A stretch of 64,000 nucleotides of DNA from Planctomycetota bacterium (GTDB lineage: Bacteria > JAJVIF01 > JAPKYR01): contig JAUWTM010000004.1 of the NCBI GenBank assembly GCA_030614715.1, positions 2,603 to 66,602 on the forward strand, given 5' to 3'. Shown piece by piece: positions 10,851 through 20,539 of the stretch. The stretch's first letter is position 1. The number at the start of each line of letters is the position of its first letter. The notes under the pieces are model-generated. The model was given only the letters and a program-made list of their open reading frames with translations. It ran no database searches and was not told the origin of the DNA. Position numbers and translations under genes: made by a program.

Positions 10851-11621
10851 CTAGTCCTCCTCTTTCATAATTTCTATCAGGCGGAAGGTGACATCGGAAA
10901 ATGTTATCTCGTCCCCGGGATGCACGCGTATGCGGGTATGCGCCGGGACAGGTTTCTGGTTTACGAAACTGCCGTTGGATGAACCGAGGTCGGTCAGGTA
11001 GAGGAAATTCAATCCCGATGGGGCCAGCTCGAGTGACAGAACCGCGTGCTCGCGAGCCACGTAGGGGCAGTCTTCAAGCGTGACAGTGTTGAGCGGAAGA
11101 CGGCCGACAGTATTATCTCCCTGCCTCAGCCGTGATTTTGTGCCTTCCTCGTCGACAAGGTAAAGACCCGGCGATTCCTCGCCCTCCTTGTCCAGACCCT
11201 TGAATTCCACCTTCAACGCACTGTCGCCGGCGGTTATCACATCTCCCGTTGAAAGCAGGTACCTGCGTCCCGGCGGGATTTTTACCCCGTTCAGAAGCGT
11301 TCCGTTGGAGCTCCTGAGGTCCTCTACGTAGAGTCCGCCGTTTTCAGCGACCAGGGCAAGCTGGATTCGGCTGATGTTCAGGTCGTCCGGTATCTGGATG
11401 TCGCCGAACTCGCGTCCGATCACGGTCCTTATTTTTTTCAGACCTACGCTTCCTCTCTCGGGAAGTATCAAAAACGCCTTGAAATCGAGTTCATCGTCGA
11501 TGTTACCCTCATCCTGAACCGATGATCCCGGTGCTTTCTGGCTCAGCAGCCAACCGCATTCGTTGCACCAGTCCTCGGATTCAGCGTTCTGGACCTTGCA
11601 GATCGGGCAGGTGAGTGTCAT
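10851..11621 (-). CDS. zinc-ribbon plus tandem FHA-domain protein
   Basis: 256 aa; N-terminal CPICK...CNECGW ribbon; two FHA domains (GREFGDIQI...SRIQLAL...SSNGTLLNG and VGRLPLNTV...AREHAVL...SSNGSFVNQ); ATGA translational coupling with the vWA gene. Confidence 0.75.
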   Translation of the reverse strand: MTLTCPICKVQNAESEDWCNECGWLLSQKAPGSSVQDEGNIDDELDFKAFLILPERGSVGLKKIRTVIGREFGDIQIPDDLNISRIQLALVAENGGLYVEDLRSSNGTLLNGVKIPPGRRYLLSTGDVITAGDSALKVEFKGLDKEGEESPGLYLVDEEGTKSRLRQGDNTVGRLPLNTVTLEDCPYVAREHAVLSLELAPSGLNFLYLTDLGSSNGSFVNQKPVPAHTRIRVHPGDEITFSDVTFRLIEIMKEED

Positions 11622-13006
11622 GACTCATCACCACCCTCATCGTCGTCTTCGTCCACGACAGGGGCATCTTCCGAGGTTCGCTTGCCCCGTTCCAGTGTGA
11701 AGGTCGACTGCGCCAGCTTCTTGCTGGCATCCTCCTCTTCACCGCGTGCAAGCTGCTGGATCGCTTCACCAAGCTCCCTGGCTTCCCTTGTGTCACCAGA
11801 CAGGATTAGCGTACGCTGGTAGTCCCTGAGCTGCTCCTGGGCTGATTCCTTGCTGAGAACCCTTGTCCTGATGCCCCTGATGGTGCTTATAAGGTCGCTT
11901 TTTACATTCCGACGGAGGAGTGCCTTATCGACCCGTGGATTTTTACCTCGTTTAATGATCGTGGGATCGTCGACAAACCTTCCGGCAGCCCATCCGGACA
12001 CCTCTCCCTCGACTCCCGTACCGACATGATGGTACCGGGCCTTCACGTCGATCAGCCTGAAGACCCCCGACGGGTGCGGTTCGTACTGGATTGTGCAGAG
12101 GACTGTCTGTTCGGTGTACTTTTCGAGGTCCGGCAGCTGAATTACATGTTTACCATTCTCGTACTTGTGCGGCAGACCGAAGATCTCCTTTATCTTGACC
12201 AGCTTGCGCGGGATGACCTGTAATTCCAGCGCTCGATGGCTTACGTTCAGAAAATGTGCGATTTCCTTCTTGAATATCTTTTTGATCTCGCGGGGACGGG
12301 CCGAGTGGTAAAATCCGCCGCCTGACAGGCGTGCGATCGAGCTCAGGAGGTCCTCGTTGTAATCCAGTCCGATGCCGACCGCGCTCACGCTGCCGCCTTT
12401 ATCGCGAATTGTCTCCGACAGGTTGAAAAATTTTACGTCCTCCGATTCACCGTGTGTCGGACGGCCGTCGGTGAGAAGGACCATTTTATCGATCGTGTTG
12501 TCGCCTGAAAATTCCCTCAGTTCCTTCAGTCCCATTTTCAGTGCAGCGTATATGTCCGTCGAGCCACCTGCTACTTCAACCGAACTCAGACGGCGCTTGG
12601 CCTCGTCCTTGTTGAGGACCCTCCGGCTTGAGAGTATTACAGATGCCTCATGGTCGAAAGCTATCACTGTCAGGCTGTCCCGACCCGTCAACTGGTCGAT
12701 GACAACCCGTCCCGCCTTGAGAACCTCGGTGAACGGACCGCCGAACATGGAATGTGACCGGTCGAGGAGAAGGCAGAGATTCAAAGGTGACTCACGTCCC
12801 GCCTTCGGTTTTTCCTTGGATAAAAGCTCGACAAGCAGGAACGTTTCACCGGCCGACTGGTGCAGTATGAAGCTGTTGAACAGGGCGACGTTCATGTCGA
12901 GAGCATGGACTTCACGTGAGAACTGGTACTCACGCCTGAGATACTCATCGTAGAGATCATCCGGTACTTTCGGGCTTGGAGCGGCTATTTCATCTAAGGG
13001 ATTCAT
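11618..13006 (-). CDS. von Willebrand factor A (vWA) domain protein with acidic C-terminal tail
   Basis: 462 aa; MIDAS-type motif LLLDRSHSM ... TDGRPT; C-terminal DEDDDEGGDES; ATGA coupled to the upstream and downstream genes. Confidence 0.75.
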   Translation of the reverse strand: MNPLDEIAAPSPKVPDDLYDEYLRREYQFSREVHALDMNVALFNSFILHQSAGETFLLVELLSKEKPKAGRESPLNLCLLLDRSHSMFGGPFTEVLKAGRVVIDQLTGRDSLTVIAFDHEASVILSSRRVLNKDEAKRRLSSVEVAGGSTDIYAALKMGLKELREFSGDNTIDKMVLLTDGRPTHGESEDVKFFNLSETIRDKGGSVSAVGIGLDYNEDLLSSIARLSGGGFYHSARPREIKKIFKKEIAHFLNVSHRALELQVIPRKLVKIKEIFGLPHKYENGKHVIQLPDLEKYTEQTVLCTIQYEPHPSGVFRLIDVKARYHHVGTGVEGEVSGWAAGRFVDDPTIIKRGKNPRVDKALLRRNVKSDLISTIRGIRTRVLSKESAQEQLRDYQRTLILSGDTREARELGEAIQQLARGEEEDASKKLAQSTFTLERGKRTSEDAPVVDEDDDEGGDES

Positions 13007-13569
13007 TTCGTGGATTCAGAGCGTGACGGCAGGTCCTCACCGCAGTACTGGCATCTCGCATATCTCAGTGTATTCGATGCGCCGCAGGACGCACACAGGA
13101 CGTCCTCAATATCGCTTCCGTGAAACCTGCCGCAGTTATAACAGAAACGTCCCGTTCCCCTGACCTCGGTTCCGCACCTCGGGCAGGATTCCGCACCGGG
13201 CACGGTTTCAGCATGATCGATGCCCTGTTCATCTGTTGATTCTACAGGATCGGCAGGTGCTGGTTCCTGTACATCACCAGCAACACTTGTTCCGCATGTT
13301 GGGCAGTACTGGGTTCCATCCGGTACCTGGTTCCCGCACCGGAAGCATTTTCTTCCGGCATTTTCCTGGCCGATGCCGGTCAGGTGATCCGGAATTCTCG
13401 CCTTGGCGGGTTTCTTGACATTGGAACCGCAACGGTTGCAGAATCGTGCATCGAGCCCCATGCGTGCGCCACATATCTGGCAGACAATGGATTCGTCAAG
13501 TTCATTGCCGCATTCGAGACAGTGGATAGCGCCTTCGGGAATATATGCGTTACATACTTTACAGCGCAT
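13003..13569 (-). CDS. multi-zinc-ribbon protein (about five CxxC...CxxC ribbons)
   Basis: 188 aa; repeated CKVCN/CLECG, CQICG/CNRCG, CFRCG/CPTCG, CPRCG/CYNCG, CASCG/CQYCG pairs. Confidence 0.7.
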   Translation of the reverse strand: MRCKVCNAYIPEGAIHCLECGNELDESIVCQICGARMGLDARFCNRCGSNVKKPAKARIPDHLTGIGQENAGRKCFRCGNQVPDGTQYCPTCGTSVAGDVQEPAPADPVESTDEQGIDHAETVPGAESCPRCGTEVRGTGRFCYNCGRFHGSDIEDVLCASCGASNTLRYARCQYCGEDLPSRSESTK

Positions 13570-13658
13570 CGTGCCTATATTAAATGAACCGGGGGGAACT
13601 GTCGAGGTTCATAATTACTTAATTTGTATTTCAGGTCCGGTTGCAGGAAGGAGCCGGC

Positions 13659-15050
13659 CTAGAAGAAGTGATTGAATCCGAAGGATGTTTCCTCACCGTA
13701 TTCTCCCCAGGCGTAGTCAAACCTGAAAAGCAGGTTGTACGGGATGAATGGTGCGGTGTAAAGCCGGATTCCTGCACCGTAGCCGTATTCCATGTCGTTC
13801 AGGCTGAGATCGTGACCGTCCCAGCTGCGTCCGAAGTCCGCGAACAGCACTCCCTGAAATATATCGGGTTCCGCGATGAAACGGTACTCGAAATTAAAGC
13901 ACAGCATGCTTTTTCCGCGATGCGTTCCGCCTGTGTAGCCTCGAACCTGCCAGTCGAAGGGTATCAGCTCGTAATTCGGCGGATCTCCAGTCAGGTATGA
14001 GTAGATCATCCGTCCGGCCAGCACGTGCTCACCTGCGTAAAGGTCATGGAAAGTCGCCGCTGTGATGGTATGACGGGTGAAGGCGAAGTCGCTGAGTGTG
14101 AAAGACTGGGACAATTCATTGTAAAAATCCCAGTAATAGCCTTCGGACGGGAAGAACCGTGAGTTCAGTGAACCACTCGACAACTGCAGACTCATGACTC
14201 CGACAGTTCCGTCGGTGATGTCGGTCCCGGAGTAGAAGAACCTGTCCTCGGTCCCGAAATCCCTGAACGGATCGCCGAATTTTTCAGCTTCGACCAGTTC
14301 GAGCTTGAAACCGACACCTACGGAGATATTCTGCATCCATCGCGTGCGGTAAATAATGGACCCACCGGTACGGTCTACGAGGTAGGACTCCCTTGTTGAA
14401 TAAATGGTATCAGTCCTGATGGTGTGGTTGGTATCAAGAATATGACCCTCGACCAGTAGCGAGTTATGGCCCCCGAGGAACTGCGGGTCCTGCCACATCA
14501 CGGTGTAATAGTAATCGTTCTCAGCGATAAAGATTCCAATCGACGCCAGATCGGCGGTTCCGAGGAAATTCCTGTCACCGATCGATCCACCAACCTGCGA
14601 CGGAGACAAAAACCATGTGCGTCGTGCCCTGAGGTCGATTGTTACAATAATGTAACCCTCTTCCTCGGCGGGTTCGTGCGTGATATCAGCCTGCCAGTAG
14701 ATACCGTTGAAACCAAGCAGCCGCGAACGGCAGACGTCGATATCCCTCTGCGAGATTTCGTCACCGATTTCGAAGGTCATCTGCCTGAGAACTGCGCCGC
14801 GGGATGTAACCAGGACACCAGTCAGGATAATTTCGTCCACTATGCCTATTGGTGTCATGTCCTCCGACACCAGTACTTCCTCGGTTTCATCATCTTCCGC
14901 CGGGACTCCGGTTGTCGTGGCCTCCTGACGTATCGTTCCGGACTCGGTAGCCTGCGCTGACACAGGGGTTACGCTGATACCCAGGTATAAGAGTAGACAC
15001 AGCACCAGCAGTATTGCCGGCACAAAAAGAATTGGTATAGGTCTTGCCAT
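13659..15050 (-). CDS. Omp85-family outer-membrane beta-barrel protein with a single POTRA domain
   Basis: 463 aa; signal peptide; POTRA-like segment (IVDEIILTGVLVTSRGAVLRQMTFEIGDEIS); Tyr/Gly-rich beta-barrel ending in FGFNHFF (C-terminal aromatic residue typical of OMPs); first gene of the operon. Confidence 0.6.
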   Translation of the reverse strand: MARPIPILFVPAILLVLCLLLYLGISVTPVSAQATESGTIRQEATTTGVPAEDDETEEVLVSEDMTPIGIVDEIILTGVLVTSRGAVLRQMTFEIGDEISQRDIDVCRSRLLGFNGIYWQADITHEPAEEEGYIIVTIDLRARRTWFLSPSQVGGSIGDRNFLGTADLASIGIFIAENDYYYTVMWQDPQFLGGHNSLLVEGHILDTNHTIRTDTIYSTRESYLVDRTGGSIIYRTRWMQNISVGVGFKLELVEAEKFGDPFRDFGTEDRFFYSGTDITDGTVGVMSLQLSSGSLNSRFFPSEGYYWDFYNELSQSFTLSDFAFTRHTITAATFHDLYAGEHVLAGRMIYSYLTGDPPNYELIPFDWQVRGYTGGTHRGKSMLCFNFEYRFIAEPDIFQGVLFADFGRSWDGHDLSLNDMEYGYGAGIRLYTAPFIPYNLLFRFDYAWGEYGEETSFGFNHFF

Positions 15051-15266
15051 TTGTGGGTCTCCCCGCGGCGATTCGGTGACTCTGGTAAATTAACCAGAGT
15101 ATAACAGGCTTTAAGCCTCTGGAATACTGTATCCAGATGAATACTTGGTTAATTTTCTTTTAACCCAGCCCCATTTTTTTTACATTAATCCAAAGAAAAC
15201 GGGTCCGGACTGCATCAAGTCTTATTAGAAGGACGTGTACCCATCTATTGAGATCGGAGCTTAATT

Positions 15267-15461
15267 ATGGATCTCCCCAAACCGCTGAAATGCTCCGAGG
15301 TGGGCAAGCCTGACGTGCTGGAAGCGCTTATCGCGCACAAGCTGTCCCCTGAGGACGAGGATCGCGTACTGGCCCATCTCAAAACCTGTCCCGACTGCCT
15401 GTCTATTATGGCCGTGGTGCTCTTTGATTCGAAATTTAAGGAATCCGGCCAGACGATCTAG
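15267..15461 (+). CDS. small zf-HC2-type (anti-sigma-factor-like) zinc-finger protein
   Basis: 64 aa; C-x(27)-HLKTCPDCL fits the zf-HC2 consensus; GGAG RBS 8 nt upstream; lone plus-strand gene in a divergent regulatory region; no TM segment and no ECF sigma nearby. Confidence 0.5.
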   Translation: MDLPKPLKCSEVGKPDVLEALIAHKLSPEDEDRVLAHLKTCPDCLSIMAVVLFDSKFKESGQTI

Positions 15462-15594
15462 CGATCCTCTCCGCTTCATGGCAATCATTAATTCTTAATT
15501 TCTTACTTCGTGTCTTTCTTTGTGTCCTTAGTGCCTTAGTGGTGATCTCCTTATTTTTCCCTTCGTGTCTTAGTGGTGATCGATTTATTTCTTA

Positions 15595-17112
15595 TCAGAA
15601 GAAGAACCTCTGACCCTGGAAGTTCCCACTTTCATCTATTAACAGAATCGACGTAGCTATCTGACGCCCCCCTGACGGTAGGCCGTTTTCCGGTACTGTA
15701 TAACCCAGTGCCATTCCAGTGGATGATCCACCATCGAGGTTTATAGCCCACGTTGCACCGAGGTCCAGCATGGTCCATGCGAGCTCCTGAAGTGTCGCGC
15801 CGATGCTTCGCCCTGTTCCCGAACCATCGACACAGACAAGGTATAATCGACCAAAATCATCGTAACCGATCGCCGTACGTGCGGCACGTCCGTGTGCGAT
15901 ATCCCTGCCGATGTCATCTTCCTCGATAGTTACATCCACAACACCGTTCTTCAGCAGGAACGGACCACCCTGGATCGCCGTGTAGATCCTGCTTAATCCG
16001 TCTTCAACATAATATGAAATTTCGACCGCCTCACCGGGGTAGAAGTAATCGAATGCAGGGAATGTTTCCTTCGACCAGATCACGTACCTGTCTGAAAAAT
16101 CCTCAATCTCACCGTCGCCAATATATTCGATCACGTTATCCTTAATTACACAGTATCGACCCGTCATCTGATCGCGAAGCCGCGACGGATGCCCCGGCGT
16201 CAACAATGCGGATTCCCTCGACCGCGGTACCTGGTTAACAAGATCAATATCTATTCTCTGTCCTGATTCCGACGTAACAACTCCACGCACAGGTGGATAA
16301 TCCATCGAGTACGTCCCGTTTTCCAGGATCATGAAAGCCGGACGGTGAAGCATGGGTGGCGCGGCGATTACACCCTCCTGGATCACCAGCGACAGGCTGA
16401 TTCCCGGCCACATGTAATAACCGCCGTTGATTCCTGCTGCGGCACCGGTGCTGTTTACGAAATTAGTTATCGTTGTCAGGTGGCTCGAACCGATGTCACC
16501 GGCCTTGTACACAAATGGCCTGAGCCTCGACGCTGACGGATCTGAAATTACCGCGTGCGTGTATCTTTGCCCCGATGGCGAGACATAACGCCGTGCGACA
16601 TACACCGTGCCCGTATCAAGCGCGATCTCCTCGACTGTCTGCCTGAATCGTAGATATACAAGGACGTCGAGACCGAGTTCATCGCTGGTTACTATTTCCC
16701 AATACAATTGGTACCGGGATTCAAGCACTATCCGTACGCCTTCGGACGTGCAGCTTGCCCTCAACTCCCTGATCAGCGACATCCCGGGAAAGGTCACTGC
16801 TTCATAAACTGGGTTGTCCTCCTCGCAAACGAGGTAGGGGACATCAAGTACGATTCTCGATGGTCCGGCGATTTCAAAGATTTCAAAGTTCCCCGGACGG
16901 AGCCCGTCGAAGCGTAGCAGCAACGTATCTTCGTCCCATCCGCAGTAAACCCACGGAAACATCTCTAGCTGGAAGCTTCCCTCGTTGGCGCGGGTAGGGG
17001 GGGAGTAGAGCAGGAATCCGCCTGTGATAACAAGGAAGATCAGCAGAGATGCAAAAGACCCGTTGACGGGTCGCTTTACTGATGAGGAAGTTGGTGCACG
17101 CATGGTTGACAC
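15595..17112 (-). CDS. secreted phosphodiester-glycosidase-family (NAGPA-like) protein
   Basis: 505 aa; signal peptide; INGGYY and NLDGGSST motifs resembling PF09992. Confidence 0.45.
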   Translation of the reverse strand: MSTMRAPTSSSVKRPVNGSFASLLIFLVITGGFLLYSPPTRANEGSFQLEMFPWVYCGWDEDTLLLRFDGLRPGNFEIFEIAGPSRIVLDVPYLVCEEDNPVYEAVTFPGMSLIRELRASCTSEGVRIVLESRYQLYWEIVTSDELGLDVLVYLRFRQTVEEIALDTGTVYVARRYVSPSGQRYTHAVISDPSASRLRPFVYKAGDIGSSHLTTITNFVNSTGAAAGINGGYYMWPGISLSLVIQEGVIAAPPMLHRPAFMILENGTYSMDYPPVRGVVTSESGQRIDIDLVNQVPRSRESALLTPGHPSRLRDQMTGRYCVIKDNVIEYIGDGEIEDFSDRYVIWSKETFPAFDYFYPGEAVEISYYVEDGLSRIYTAIQGGPFLLKNGVVDVTIEEDDIGRDIAHGRAARTAIGYDDFGRLYLVCVDGSGTGRSIGATLQELAWTMLDLGATWAINLDGGSSTGMALGYTVPENGLPSGGRQIATSILLIDESGNFQGQRFFF

Positions 17113-17119
17113 TGGAGTA

Positions 17120-18424
17120 TCAGCTTGATACTTCAGAATGGGAGTGTTTTTCGCTGGCGTCCTTGATCTTGACGCCGAGTCCGGTCAGTTTCTCGATCGG
17201 ACGCTCGTAGCCTCGATAGAAATGTTCGAGACCTTTCAGTCGTGTAGTACCCTCCGCCCAGATTCCCGCGATCATCAGGGCTGCTGCGGCACGGATGTCG
17301 GTCGCCTGTACCTCGCATCCGGTCAGACGTTTGCCGCCGTTAATGAGCGCGCAGTTTTCAAGCACGCGGATATCCGCGCCCATCCGAATCAGGTCATCGG
17401 CTGCGAGAAAACGTCGCTCGAATATTTTCTCGACGAACAGGCTCTCGCCCGCCGCTTTTACCATCAGGGCCATGAATTGAGGCTGCACGTCGGTCGGAAA
17501 GCCGGGATACGGGAGGGTCCGGACGTCTGTTGGACGGATCACGTCCGGTGCGTCTATTGTAATTCTGTCGGGTTCGGTCGTTATTTTGCATCCGGTCGAG
17601 GCAAGCTGGTTCAGAAGCGTTGTCATGTGATCCGGACGGGTGTCAAGCAGCGTAATTTTTCCGCCTGAGATCGCTCCGGCTACAAGGTACGTCCCCGCTT
17701 CGATGCGGTCCGGTATTACCCTGTGACCTGTCGCTCTCAGCGTCTCGGTTCCCACGACAGTGATCGTGTGATCGCCTGCACCCAGCACCTTTGCGCCCAT
17801 TTCGCTGATGAAATCGGCGAGGTCGATGATCTCAGGCTCTCTCGCGGCGTTCTCGATGATCGTCACGCCGTCCGCAAGCGCGCTGGCCATCATGATGTTC
17901 TCTGTCGCGCCGACCGACGGGAAATGCAGCTTGATATTTGTCGCGACCGGCCGCGTTCCCGATGAAAGCTTCACCATCACCGAGTCGGGCTTCTCCACGA
18001 CCGTTCCGCCAAGCATCTGCATACCTGTCAGGTGAAGGTCGATTGGACGCTTCCCGAGACTGCATCCGCCGGGTAGCGGGATCATCGCCTGCCCGAACCG
18101 CGCGAACAGTGGTCCCATCACGAGCACACTTGCCCGCATCTTCTTGACCAGCTCGGGATCGGGTTCGAGGCATGATACGTCCGACGTGTCGACCGAAAGA
18201 CTGCTGTCCCCGGTCCATTTCACCTTCGCTCCAAGCGACCGCAGCACGTCGGCAAGCGTGTAAACGTCCTTCAGCTTCGGGACATTTTCGATGTGGCTGG
18301 TGCCCTTGGCCAGCAGCGTGGCGGCCAGTATGGGCAGGCAGGCGTTCTTCGAGCCGGAAATTACCACTTCTCCGGCGAGACTGGCCCCGCCCTGGATATC
18401 CAGATAATTCTCTGTGTCAGGCAT
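17120..18424 (-). CDS. murA: UDP-N-acetylglucosamine 1-carboxyvinyltransferase
   Basis: Strong MurA similarity (LDIQGGASLAGEVVISGSKNACLPIL...PKLKDV; C-terminal RGYERPIEKL). The ORF-track start at 18565 adds about 47 non-conserved residues; the ATG at 18424 (MPDTENYLDIQGG) matches the usual MurA N-terminus. Confidence 0.88.
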   Translation of the reverse strand: MPDTENYLDIQGGASLAGEVVISGSKNACLPILAATLLAKGTSHIENVPKLKDVYTLADVLRSLGAKVKWTGDSSLSVDTSDVSCLEPDPELVKKMRASVLVMGPLFARFGQAMIPLPGGCSLGKRPIDLHLTGMQMLGGTVVEKPDSVMVKLSSGTRPVATNIKLHFPSVGATENIMMASALADGVTIIENAAREPEIIDLADFISEMGAKVLGAGDHTITVVGTETLRATGHRVIPDRIEAGTYLVAGAISGGKITLLDTRPDHMTTLLNQLASTGCKITTEPDRITIDAPDVIRPTDVRTLPYPGFPTDVQPQFMALMVKAAGESLFVEKIFERRFLAADDLIRMGADIRVLENCALINGGKRLTGCEVQATDIRAAAALMIAGIWAEGTTRLKGLEHFYRGYERPIEKLTGLGVKIKDASEKHSHSEVSS

Positions 18425-18618
18425 GATACGTAGAGCAGCGCAAGTCGACATACTACCACATCCATCAGGTTCTTTGATCGTTTTTCGGCCCGAAATCAAG
18501 CTTGTCCGCACCATTTCAGTACTATCTGAGACCCTATTCAGGTCCATCCTCACGTACCATCGCACTTAACGTGCCACACCCCGATTCCCAGCCGTTCCAT
18601 TAATATAATCCTGATTAT

Positions 18619-18810
18619 TTAAGTTTGTTTAACCCTTATTAAGAGGTTATTTGAGTAATAATCTAAGTTAGACCTTCTGTTCAATCCATCTTCGATCGTA
18701 TGTCGTCGTCGCACGACCCGAAACACGGATCGTTTGACGTGTATGTTCTTATCATTTCCGACACATTCGATATGGTACTTGGCGAGGTTTCGAACTTTCA
18801 GCTCAGTCAT
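18619..18810 (-). CDS. small basic hypothetical protein (63 aa) at the end of the AT-rich island
   Basis: Overlaps the stop of the upstream island gene by 8 nt (operon-like); no recognisable domain. Confidence 0.25.
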   Translation of the reverse strand: MTELKVRNLAKYHIECVGNDKNIHVKRSVFRVVRRRHTIEDGLNRRSNLDYYSNNLLIRVKQT

Positions 18811-19444
18811 AATTTTTAATCATGACCCTAATGGCTTCGGGCCAATCTCCAAAAGAAACATTTCTACCTATAATATGATGATAGTCACCAACTACGACAT
18901 AGATAAAAGATTCTGCAGATTCAAATATTGTAGGAAGTTCGACATTATCGGTCTTGATGGTGCTTAAAAATTTAAGCCACCAAAGTCTTTGTTTTTGCTC
19001 TACATTATAACTAAATAATTGTTCTTCCCATGGGATCCTGTTATTGAAATTGCATATTGAATATTCGAATCCAAAATGAATATCATTAAGCATAATTTCC
19101 AATAATTCGCAAAATGAATTGTTTTTATTAGGATTATATGCTATTGCCAGGTTTTTATACTGGCTAGTATAATATGTGGCTCTATCTTGGTTGTTTGAAA
19201 ATATATCAAAATTGAGCCAGTCCTGTGTGATTACGATTAATACGCTGGTAAAGTCCAAGGATGATGGCAGTAGAGCAGTAGCCATTGTTTCCCTGTTTAC
19301 TGAATTGTACAGACTATTAATATCTTCTGCATACAATAACAATTTTCCTGATGGCGATAAGGCTTTACCACCTTCTAAGTACATATAATGCGTATCTGTC
19401 GTATCATCAATGATTTTATAAGTGTTATTGATAGTTTTTTCCAT
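18803..19444 (-). CDS. hypothetical protein, AT-rich island gene C
   Basis: 213 aa; long ORF in a roughly 30% GC region; no signal peptide; no recognisable motif. Confidence 0.5.
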   Translation of the reverse strand: MEKTINNTYKIIDDTTDTHYMYLEGGKALSPSGKLLLYAEDINSLYNSVNRETMATALLPSSLDFTSVLIVITQDWLNFDIFSNNQDRATYYTSQYKNLAIAYNPNKNNSFCELLEIMLNDIHFGFEYSICNFNNRIPWEEQLFSYNVEQKQRLWWLKFLSTIKTDNVELPTIFESAESFIYVVVGDYHHIIGRNVSFGDWPEAIRVMIKNYD

Positions 19445-19488
19445 ATTTGATACTCCTGTACTTAGTTTCTCGAAATGTATATATAAAT

Positions 19489-20136
19489 TTATTTGTCTAA
19501 TATTAAAAACTTCAATTTATCAGACCAACCGCCATATTTTTTCTTCCTTCCAATTGTAATAGAAATTCCAGGTGCGTCCAGCTCAAACTCAATGAAAGCT
19601 TCACATATATTTGAAATATATCGACTGTCGAATTCATCTATTGTACCATACAAGAAGTCATGCCATTTTGTTCTAGTTTTTCCCTGTCTTTGGGATATTG
19701 ACGTTGAAGCTATACTCTTCCAATCCACTCCATCTTTAAAGCAGTAAATAGCAAAGTTAAATAATAATCCCTTCAGCCTGTGATTCATAAGGTCCAAGTA
19801 ATCCGACAAGCAATTAATTCCGATGTTTTTAGTGTATATTATGGTTTTGCCTAATATTATTTCAGTAATGTAATTCTGCACCAGTTCTTGATCCAATTTA
19901 TCAATTGTAAAATCAAAACTTAGAACAGCTAGTACGCATCGATTATCTAATTGTTGGTCAAATATGGATAAAATGAGATCCGTATAATGCCTATTACCTA
20001 TATATTCCGAGAAATCCGATGTGGTCAGAATATATTTTTCTTCACTAAGAAATTCAAATAGATCATAATCAATATGATCTTTATCAAACTGTTCACTATC
20101 AAACTCATGAAAATGTTTTTTAAACTTGACAATCAT
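19489..20136 (-). CDS. hypothetical protein, AT-rich island gene B
   Basis: 215 aa; AT-rich codon usage consistent with its neighbours; cytoplasmic; no recognisable motif. Confidence 0.5.
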   Translation of the reverse strand: MIVKFKKHFHEFDSEQFDKDHIDYDLFEFLSEEKYILTTSDFSEYIGNRHYTDLILSIFDQQLDNRCVLAVLSFDFTIDKLDQELVQNYITEIILGKTIIYTKNIGINCLSDYLDLMNHRLKGLLFNFAIYCFKDGVDWKSIASTSISQRQGKTRTKWHDFLYGTIDEFDSRYISNICEAFIEFELDAPGISITIGRKKKYGGWSDKLKFLILDK

Positions 20137-20200
20137 TTAATAATCGCCACCAGCCCATATCCTGAATGTTAATCAATAATTCCTCGTTCCTTTAACTTAT

Positions 20201-20539
20201 TTATGCCACCTCGCCTGTCAACAGCTTCTTTAACCTTTCAATATATCCGTTTATAATCTCCTCAAGTTTATCGTCACCAAAATATATACCGAGATCTCTC
20301 CTTCTTACTTCTTCGATGGCATTATAGTATTCAAGGTCATCACTTATCTGCACACAAATTTCTCCAAATCCCCTGATGATAGGATCAGGATGTTTTGGAA
20401 TATAAATCTCATCGGGGTAGTTTTCAACTGTTTCATCAATTAGCTTAGCTACCATCCACCACCTTAACTCAGAATCAGGCTCTGCTAGAATACAGCGCAA
20501 TTCAGCAATCATATGTTCTATTTCGCTCTTGTACTTCAT
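20201..20539 (-). CDS. hypothetical protein, AT-rich island gene A
   Basis: 112 aa; acidic and helical; first gene of the island cassette. Confidence 0.45.
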   Translation of the reverse strand: MKYKSEIEHMIAELRCILAEPDSELRWWMVAKLIDETVENYPDEIYIPKHPDPIIRGFGEICVQISDDLEYYNAIEEVRRRDLGIYFGDDKLEEIINGYIERLKKLLTGEVA

